NCBI RefSeq assembly: GCF_004010195.1
Contig: NC_057718.1
Span: 22,798,952-22,860,951 of the forward strand
Length of the DNA stretch: 62,000 nucleotides
Direction: 5' to 3'
Source: Chiloscyllium plagiosum
Taxonomy: Eukaryota
Shown here: positions 52,828 to 62,000 of the stretch, in pieces
Position numbering within the stretch: position 1 is the stretch's first letter
Layout: every line of letters begins with the position of its first letter
Position numbers and translations under genes: made by a program
The notes under the pieces: model-generated
The model's input: only the letters and a program-made list of their open reading frames with translations
Database searches by the model: none
Told to the model about the DNA's origin: nothing

Positions 52828-54738
52828 AAATGGCAAATGCGATCAAGACATGTCTTGCAAATTTCCCAATAACTCATTAACATCTGGGGCACATCGCATC
52901 TCATTTATCTTCACATGAGATTTAAATTCTTCATTTTTGCTGCCTGGCCCTGAAACCACATCTTGAGTCATTGCATCCTGATTGTCTCAATGACTGCTTC
53001 CTTTTCCAGTCGATCACCTTCCTTTATCAGGCTTCAGAATGACACTCCAATATGCATTCATAAGTAGACAGCTTTCACCCCCCAAGTCCCTATCTTGCAC
53101 AACTGCACCAAGCAAATATATCTTGTGAGCTTTTCAAATCCACGCTGTCAGATGACCTGAGTATTATTGATAGCTTGCTCATTCCAAGTCCCTATGATTT
53201 TCCCCAACACAGCTCTCCAGCATAACTTCTGAGTCTTGACTCCAACACTTAGCTGCGTACAAAAACAGAAATTGCTGGAAAAGCTCAGCAGGTCTGGCAG
53301 CATCTGGGGATAGAAATCAGAGTTAATGTTTCAGATTACGTGACCCATCTCCAGAACTGTACTGTGTACAGTTATGGTTGCCCTGCTATAGCAAGGATAT
53401 TATTAAAACAGAGTAGGTTCAGAAAACAAAATTGACCAGGATGTTGCCGGGAAAGGAGGATTTGAGTTATAAAGATAGGTTGGATGGGCTGGGACTTTTC
53501 TCACTGGAGTTGGGTGGAGGGAGGAGTTGAGGAAGTGACCTAATGGAGGTTTATAAAATCATAAGGGGTATAGATAAGGTGAATAGCAAAGGTCTTTTCC
53601 TTAGGTTGGGTGAGTTCAAAATAGGGGGCATATTTTTAAGGTTAGAGAAGAAAGCTTTAAAGGGACCTGAGGGGCAACATTTTTAGACAGAGGATGTTTC
53701 ATATGTGATAAGCACTGCCAGAGAAAGTGATAAATGCAGTTACAGTTACAGCATACAAAAGACATTTGGATAAGTGCATGGATTGGAAAGGTTTAGGGAG
53801 ATGTGGGGCAAATGCAGGCAAGTGGGATTAGTTTAATTTGGGAATCTTGGTCAGCACGGATGAGTTGGACCAAAGCATCTATTTCCCTGCTATATGACTC
53901 TATGATTTTCTAATACTGTCAATGTTCACAAGCAAAGCTGGAATGGGCGAAGGTGGTTGCAGGCATTGGGTCAAAGAAATGACAGTGGAGACCAGGAGGA
54001 CTACACAAAGGGTTTGCTCATCTGGAGGTGTGTTCAAATTCCCTAATCAGTAACGTCGTCAACAATGTAAGATCAACCTGCACCACTGTAGCAGTTATAA
54101 TGGATATTGTTCAGTCCTCGGACATGCATATGAACAGGCTTCGACGGTATCTGAAAGATGCAGAACAATTTGATGCTGTCAGACAAAAAAAAATCACTAA
54201 TGATGGACACCAGTGAGCACGCTGATGAATGACATAGTGCCAGTAGGTTATGGATATATGCAATGTCCTTAATCCTAGTATTGTCAAAAATAATGACTAA
54301 AATGTGTGATATCAAATGTGATTGATGCCATTGGGAACATTTTTATCTATGGAAAGATGATGCCTGTATTTGTGATAAAGATCCACACAATGGCTTTATA
54401 CAACCAGGATTTGGGATGAATTGTTTTCAAGAAGTTTATATGCAAGCATGTTTTGGCCCAAACAGAAAGTCAAAAAGACCACAATAATAGAATAAAGTAT
54501 CATAATAAATTAATGTCCTTTTATGAATTAAATGATAGGCAAAGTGAACCCACCATTAACTTTATAGCAGTTTTTAGACAAACACAAATTAAACATATAT
54601 TTTCATTTGTAACTTACGTTCATGACTTATATCCTGAAAAAACTAATTGTTTTAATTGTGTTTTTGTTTCTGCATTTGAATCGTATTGCGATTATTAATT
54701 ACTTACCATTAATTTGGGAGGAGATGGTTAGGATAATG
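51714..54738 (+). repeat. ~240-bp direct duplication (51714-51953 and 54500-54738)
   Basis: Colinear diverged copies, also visible as similar ORF translations (MSFYELN…TINFIA…). Confidence 0.88.
53365..53907 (+). mobile_element. CR1/HER1 LINE 3' fragment
   Basis: LSYKDRLDGLGLFSLE-like reading and a ctatatgactctatg tail. Confidence 0.82.
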
Positions 54739-54739
54739 A

Positions 54740-55175
54740 TAATGAGGGGCGTGGATAGGATAAATACACAAGGTCTTTGCCTGGAGTGGGAGAGTCCAGA
54801 ACTAAAGGGCATAAGTTTAGGGTAAGAGTGGAAGGACTTAAAAGGGACCTAAGGGGCAACTTTTTCATGCAGAGGGTGGTGCGTGTATGGAATGAGCTGC
54901 CAGAGAAAGTGGTGGAAACTGGTACAATTGCACATTTAAAAGGTATCTGGATGGGTATATGAATAGGAAGGGTTTAGAGGGATATGGGCTAAATGCTGGC
55001 AAATGGGACTAGATTAAGTTAGGATATCTAGGTATCCTGCTCCTCGGATGCTGCCTGAACTGCTGTGCTTTTCCAGCACCACTCTAATCCAGAACCTAAG
55101 TCAGGATATCTGGTCAGCTTGGGCGAGTTGGACCGAAGGGTCTGTTTCTGTGCTGTACATCTCTATGACTCTATG
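54740..55175 (+). mobile_element. CR1/HER1 LINE 3' fragment with a small nested Penelope piece
   Basis: GESRTKGHKFRVR…GNFFMQRVVRVWNELP. Confidence 0.85.
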
Positions 55176-55221
55176 CTGTGGGACATCCAGTAGTCGTGAA
55201 AGGCACCATATGGGGCAGTAC

Positions 55222-55547
55222 AGGGGCTCAGTGGTTAGCACTGCTGCCTCACAGCGCCAGGGACCCAAGTTCGATTCTTGCCTCGGGCAACTGTCTGTGT
55301 GGAGTTTGCACATTCTCCCCATGTCTGTGTGGATTTCCTCCGGGTGCTCCGGTTTCCTCCCACAATCCAAAGATGTGCAAGTTAGGTGAATTGGCGATGC
55401 TAAATTGCCCAGTGTTAGGTGCATTAGTCAGGGGTGAATGTGGTGATGGGGGGGAGTGGGTCTGGGTAGGTTACTCTTCGGAGGGTCAGTGTGGACTTGT
55501 TGGGCCGAAGGGCCTGTTTCCATACTGCAAGTAATCTAATCTAATCT
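55222..55547 (+). mobile_element. HE1-type V-SINE
   Basis: tRNA-like head, V-domain and (aatct)n tail. Confidence 0.88.
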
Positions 55548-55599
55548 GAAACAATGCTAAAAAAAAATTATAGTTATTATCTATATATATAATGAAATG

Positions 55600-58500
55600 G
55601 CAGGATAAACATCTGGAAAGGGAGGATGAACAACCAGTGGTTGTGATTCATGTAGGAACTACTGACATAAGAAGGGACAACTTGGAGGTCTTGCAGGATC
55701 AGTTTCAGGAGTTAGGATTTAGGTTAAAATGCAGGACTTCCAGGGCAATAATCTCAGAAATACTCCCTGTACCACAAATTTCACCATTTAGGCAAAGGTA
55801 GATTGGGGAGATAAAGGTGTGGTTTGGGGAATGGTGGAGAAAGGAGGGGTTTAGATTTTTGGGACATTGAGATCACCTTTGGGAAAGGGGAAAGCTGTTC
55901 AGAAGAGATCGGTTTCACCTGAGGAGAAATGGAACTAATCTCCCAGCTGTTAACTCTGATTTCTCTGCACAGATACTGCCAGAGGCTTTTCCAGCAATTT
56001 TCTCTTTTTGTTTCTGATTGGAAATGTGTTTTGATTGATAAAACCATGAATAAGAAATGGGAAACTTTTAAAACAGAGATGACTAGGGTACAAGCCTAGA
56101 TAAATATCCATAAGAAATAAATACAGGACATCCAAACCAAGGATACTCTGAATGACCAAGGGTATTGATGAGAAAATAAGGAAGGAAAAGATGGCATACA
56201 ATATAAACCGGAACAATAATAGCAATAGAAATCAGGAAGAGTATCTCATGGGAACACAGGAACAGGACTGGGCCATTCAGACCTTGAAGCCTGTTCTGCT
56301 GTTTCATTAAGATCATGGCTGATCTGTGGCTTAAGGCCATATGCCTGCCTTGGGCCTATATCCCTTGATACCCTTGCTTAGTAAAAGTTCATCCTTCACA
56401 GATTGAAATGTAACAATTGAATTAGCATCAACCACCATTTGAGAAAGAGAGTTCCAAACCTCTACTACCCTTTGTGTGTCAAAGTGCTCTCTAATATCTC
56501 TCCTGAATTGCTTGGCCCTAATTCCTACACAATGCCACTACTTCTAGAATCTTAAAGCAGTGGAAATAATTTATCTTTATCTGCCCTGTCTTGCCCTGTT
56601 AATATCCTGAAGATTAGATTACCCCTTAACCTTCTAAATTCTAGAGAATAACGGCCTAAATTATCTAATCTCTCCATATAATTTAACCCTTAAACTCCAG
56701 ATATTAACTTTGTAAACCTGCATTGAACTCCCTCCAGGGCAAAAACATCCATCCTAAGTGTGGTGCCCAGATCTGCTCACAGTACTCCAAGTGGGGTTTG
56801 TATTACTGTGTCCCTTTACTTCAGCTCTTTAGCTATGAAGGCCAGCATTCCATTAGCCTTCTTGACTATTTTCCGCAACTGTTTGTGGCAATTTAAAGAG
56901 ATATGCACCTGAACCCTAAAATCTCCTTGGACACCCACTGTATTTAACCTTGTGCCTTCTAAAATATTCACTGGTCTATCCTTTTTCACCCCAAAATGGA
57001 TAACTTCACATCTGTTGATATTAAAATCTGTCTGACACTGCTTTGCCCAGTCACTTAATGTATTAATATCCTGTTGCAATGTTATGCTGTCAACACTGTT
57101 TACAATGCTGCCCAACTTTATGTCAGCAGAAAATTTTAATATTTGTCTTTTATGCCATTATTCAAGTTGTTATGAATCTGTGAGTAATTGAGACCCCAAC
57201 ACAGATACCTACGGGAAACCATTAGTCACATCATGCCAATTTGACTATTTACCAATTATTCTAATTCTCTGTTTCCTACCACTCACGCAATTTCCTATCC
57301 ATGTCAATAATTTTCCTAGAATTCTATGGACTTCCACCTTAGCTAACAGTCTCTTGTGTGGGGCTCTGGCATAAGCTATCTGGAAGTTCACATAAACAGC
57401 ATGCATCAACTTACCTCCGTCCATCACTTCTGCTCTGCCTTCAAAAAAACTCTATGAGGCTTGTCAGGCATGATCTACCATTGATGACACCCCTGATTAA
57501 CTGAAATATTTCTTGGTGATCCGTTACCCTATCCTTGATTGTAGACTCCAACAATTTCCCCACCACAGATGTCAGACTAACTGGTCTGTAATTTACTGGT
57601 TTCCCTCTTCTATCCTTCTTAAAAAGTTAAGTGATATGAGCAACTTTCCAAACTAGAGGTACAGCCTCTGAATCCAGGGAATTCTGAAAGATTATGGTTA
57701 GGGCATTGGCAATGTGCTGTCCTAGCCCCTTTAACACTCGTGGATGGAAACTATCAGATCATGGACATTTATCACCCTTCAATTCCATTAATTTCCCTAT
57801 TATTGATGGTATATTTAAGCTAATTTTGTTTTGACCCTGTCACTGATCCTCTGTTAATTTCTTTGGGACTTTCAGAAAACTATCCTCATTTTCTGCAGGG
57901 AAGTCTGAAGCAAAATATTCATTCCGTATGCCTGCCATTTCCCCATATTGTCATTGACAATGTCACCATTCTCAGTCTTCAATGGTCCAGTAGTACTCTT
58001 AACCAGTCGCTTTCCCTTTATATAACTATAAAATCTCTTCTTTTGTCTTTTATGTCCCTTGCAAGTTTCCTTTCCAAACTCTGTTTAGCCGCTCTTATAA
58101 ACCATTATATGGCTCTTTGTTGGTCTCTGTATTTCTCCCATTCTCTGGGATCTGTACTGTTCTTTGTGCTTTTATGAGCTCTTTCTTTTAATTTTATGCT
58201 GTCCATGGATGCTTAGATCTCCCAGGCTGCTTCTTTGTGAGGTGGACTTTTTCCTCCTGGTGAGTTCTAAATAGCAGTAAATGTTTTTTTGAACATTCTC
58301 CAAAGTTCCTTGGTTATTTTATCTATTAGCAGAGCTTTCCAGTTTACTCTGGACAGTCTCTGCCTCATTCCCTCAAGGCCTGCCTTATATAAATCTGAAA
58401 TTCTGGTACCTAATATTTGCTTGTCTCTTACATCTCAAATGCAAGAGAGAGGCTAAGGCTCGAATGAGAGAAGATAAAAGTGCGCATGAGGAAAGAATGG

Positions 58501-60302
58501 CAAGCTGCACGAGTAAATGCTCTTCAAGCATATTAATATTAAAAGACTAGTGAACAGTAGAGTGTGGCCCATAAGCAATAAGAAGGGTAAGCTGCTCACT
58601 GAAGTAAAGGGTGTGGCAGAGGTATTAAATGAGTACTTGGCTTCTGTCTTCATCAAATTAGAAAATGGTGACAATGGCCCCGTTGAAAATGTGTGTGTTG
58701 AGTAACTGAGCAATATAGTGATAGACGAAGAAGAGGTGTTAAAAAGGTTGGCAGCACTTGAAGTTGGGAAGTCACCAGGTTCAGATTTGATGCATCCTAG
58801 ATTGCTGAGACAGGTAAAGGAGCAAATTGCAGAGCCATTTACAGAAATTTCCCAGGCCACTCTGAACACAGGAATAGTCCTGGAGGACTGGAAGATTGTA
58901 AATGCAATGCATTTGTTTAAGAAAGAGACAAAAGATAACCCAGGAAAATAAGACCTGTCAACTTGTCATCAATAGTAAGAAAACTATACTATAGGATAAG
59001 GTAAATACTATAAGATAAGGTAAATATACACTTGGAGAAAAATAAATTCATACCTGACAGTCAACATGATTTTGTTATGGGCAGGTCATGTCTGACAAAT
59101 TTAATTGAGTCCTTTGATGATGTGACATAGGCAATAGGAAAGGATAGTCCTGAGGATGTTGTATATTTGGAGTTTAAGAAAGCATTTGATATGGGGTGCC
59201 ATATAGCAGGTAAGTAATCAAATTAGAAATGTTTGTGATTGATGAGCCCATGGCAGCACAGTTTAGATGATGGCTAAAAAATAGATAACAGGGGGTGGGT
59301 GCAGATGAGCATTTCTCAGACTGGGGACAAGTCGTGTTCCCCATAGATCAATATTGGGACCCTTGCTTTTTTTGGTTTATCTGAGTGATTTGGAGATGGG
59401 TGTTGAGGACAAGAGTACTAAATTTGTCAGTGAAGGAGAATAGTGAATTGTGAGGATGATGCAGAATGAATTCAGAGAGGCATCGATAAGTTAGCCAATC
59501 GGGCAAAGACCTGGCAGATGAATTTCAATGGAGAGAAGTATGAGGTAATGTATTTTGGTTGAAGAAATGTGGAAAGACAATGCAGACTCAATGGTATAAG
59601 TTTGAGGGTAGTACAGGGGCAGAGAGACCTCAGGGTTCATGTACGTAATCCTCTGAGATAGGCAAATTCAAACAGTTGTTAAGAAGGCTTATAGGATCCT
59701 TGGATTTATAAACAGAGGCATTAGAGTATAAAAGCAAAGAAGTGATGCTACACCTCTACAGATCATTGGTCAGAGCATATTTGGAGTATTGTGTTCAGTT
59801 CTGGGCACCTTGTTTAAGGAAAGATGTTAAAGTCCTGGAGAGAGTGCAAAGGAGATTTTCTAGACTGATACCAGGAATGAAGGATTTTCAATACAAAGAA
59901 AGATTCAAAATTTTGGGCTTATTCTCTTTGAGCAGAGAGGATGAAGAGGTGACCTTACTGAGGCGTTCAAAATTATGAACAATTTTGACAGGGTAAAGCA
60001 GGATACTATGTCAGTGACAGATGGGGTCACAAATTCAAGACTGTCAGCAAGAGAGCTAGGAGTGAGATGAGAGGAACCTTCTTTCCTCAGAGCATTGTTA
60101 GGATTCAGAATGTGCTGCCTGACAGAAGAATGGAGGTGGATTTCATAGGAGATTTCAAATGAGATCCAAATATATATTTGAAAGTGCTGAATTTGGAGGG
60201 CATCAGAAATAGGGCTGGAGAATGAGACTTGTTGGATAGCTCTTTCTAAACCAGGTTTAGACATAATGGGTCGAATGGACTCATTCTGTGCTGTAAAACT
60301 CT
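55600..60302 (+). mobile_element. Old CR1 LINE (ORF1 esterase fragment plus ORF2) split by an antisense CR1
   Basis: QPVVVIHVGTTDI (SGNH-esterase-like ORF1); ORF2 resumes at 58438 with KSPGSDLMHPRLL and LVRAYLEYCVQFWAP. Confidence 0.8.
56249..58431 (-). mobile_element. CR1 LINE nested in the opposite orientation
   Basis: Minus-strand RT fragments (FNINRCEVIHFG, KANGMLAFI); atctca duplicated at 56243-56248 and 58432-58437. Confidence 0.85.
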
Positions 60303-60878
60303 GTTTTTCTTTTTATGAATTATTCATTTTATAATATGAACAAACTGCATCCATTTTGTCTATATATTATCTGTTAGTTTATCTTATAAAAGTATATGCT
60401 ATTTTTTATCCAATGTAATATGATATTGAACAAATTAACTACGACACATCACGTCAAACGCTTTCAAAATTACCCTAATTTTATTTTACCTGAATTACTG
60501 AACAATTCATCCCAAATTCTTCTTTCAGATGGGGCTGAAACCTTGCTTTCAGTGATTTAATAGCCCTGAGATGATTAAATGGCTCTGGGACTATGTGGCA
60601 GAGTGAGGGTGGTTTCACCACAGTCTTTTTCAATAAGATGTTGGCAATCCCAGTACAACCTAAAGTCCTGCTCCATAACCATTTGGTCTCGAAATTTCAT
60701 TTCAAAATTTCAACTTTTATTTCAGTAAACTATATATGGTCATTTAAAAAGAGCGAAAGAGATGTGAAGTAGAAATATACAATCTCGCTACAGATTACTT
60801 GTTATACCAGTTTGGGAAATTTTCATTGATTTGGATTATGCTTAACTTGAATCTTCTGTAAGTCTCAGCACATATGAT

Positions 60879-61100
60879 CTGAAAATGTGTTGCTGGAAAA
60901 GTGCAGCAGGTCAGGTAGCATTGAAGGAGCAGGAGAATCGACGTTTCGGGCATGAGCCCTTCTTCAGGAATGATTCCTGAAGAAGGGCTCATGCCCGAAA
61001 TGTCGATTCTCCGGCTCCTTGGATGCTGCCTGACCTACTGCGCTTTTCCAGCAACACATTTTCAGCTCTGATCTCCAGCATCTGCAGTCCTCACTTTCTC
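60879..61100. mobile_element. Palindromic Penelope-derived element (family A) with hammerhead cores on both strands
   Basis: 14-bp TSD tcagcacatatgat (60865-60878, 61101-61114); inverted arms around 60970. Confidence 0.88.
60940..60970 (-). ncRNA. Minimal hammerhead ribozyme motif (intact on the minus strand; + strand copy at 60977-61004 has GAAAUGUC)
   Basis: Minus strand reads ttc-CTGAAGA-A-gggc/tcat/gccc-GAAA-CGTC. Confidence 0.68.
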
Positions 61101-62000
61101 TCAGCACATATGATGACCACCTTAACAAAACCATGGCATTTGTAACTTAAGCTAATATGTTTCTCTGATCTCATTTGTAGGTTTAAAATTTTCTTTGGCT
61201 TAGAACAGTATAAACACAGAAATAAACTATGTAAATGTTGCAATTAATGAAGTCGGCCTTACAGCTGAATGAAAAGTAATTGCAGTTTTGTAAGATTTGG
61301 AATTTAACACCACTTGAAACCACATGATGGCAGACTAGTTAATGACTGCAGAATAGCAAAGCAATAATCCAACAGGCTGGTTTGGTTAAATACTGGAACA
61401 TTTGTGCTGTTTTGTGTGGTTTACAAAGCACATATTCATGAAGTGTCCTTACTTGGTGTAGTACAGCATCAGATATATAATGGAAGAGTGTGGTAATTGT
61501 CTGAAAGCTCCAGAGGTTGGTCAGTATGGGACGACCACTGACCAGATCAGCTTGTTGTGCGTATCTGAAGGATTGTTCCTTTCTTGATTTCGTTTCATTT
61601 GTGTTTATTCTTCAGATGTTATTTGCCACCTCACAGCATCGGGCTAATTCGTTGAGAACTTGACACTGGTGCTTGCTAAGAATTCAGCAGTGCGAGAGAA
61701 CTTGTGAGAAGCAGTTCAGGGACAAATCCACAGTCATGTTGCAATAAGGACAAGATCAGTAACCTCAAAGTCAGGGAAGCCATCAGGGAAATGAAAACCA
61801 GTAAAGTTCCAGCACTGAGTGGGATCTCAGTAGACATGAGCAAGAATAATTATCATTGACAACTATATTGAGAGGTATGGCACTTCATCTATCTCTCTGC
61901 TGTGTTGTAGTAATTCTCTTTTCACAGACCACAGAAAGACTCAACGATGCAGGCTAACATTGTGTTTATTTAAACAAACTCAGGCTGAGATTGGCTGAGT

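Noticed and set aside
54000..54480. Possible degenerate retroelement or coding fragment
   Set aside because: No motif clear enough to assign
13930..62000. A downstream neighbour gene (e.g. ZP4, which follows RYR2 in human)
   Set aside because: I found no exon with recognisable ZP, trefoil or other host-protein sequence; small exons could have been missed by eye

Overview
Repeat-rich vertebrate genomic DNA. It is almost certainly from a cartilaginous fish (shark), inferred from HE1-type V-SINEs and HER1/CR1 LINEs. The only host gene I can support is the 3' end of the cardiac ryanodine receptor RYR2 on the + strand: four GT-AG exons at 4244-4308, 5680-5780, 10058-10109 and 12499-12594, followed by a ~1 kb 3' UTR with tandem AATAAA signals near 13567-13586. 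The remaining ~48 kb is intergenic. It contains CR1 LINEs, tRNA-derived SINEs, Gypsy/Gmr1-type LTR retrotransposon remnants (one with a SCAN-like capsid and a duplicated tRNA-Pro primer-binding site), a Penelope-like element, MITE-like DNA elements and small local duplications. The most notable structure is a set of short Penelope-derived, mostly palindromic insertions with 11-15 bp TSDs. They carry minimal hammerhead-ribozyme cores (CUGANGA-stem II-GAAACGUC/GAAAGCUA), and several lie inside RYR2 introns or just past its poly(A) signal. There are two assembly gaps (16078-16142, 32379-32431). Most ORFs in the supplied track are repeat fragments or spurious. Repeat boundaries are read by eye and are approximate unless a TSD is given.
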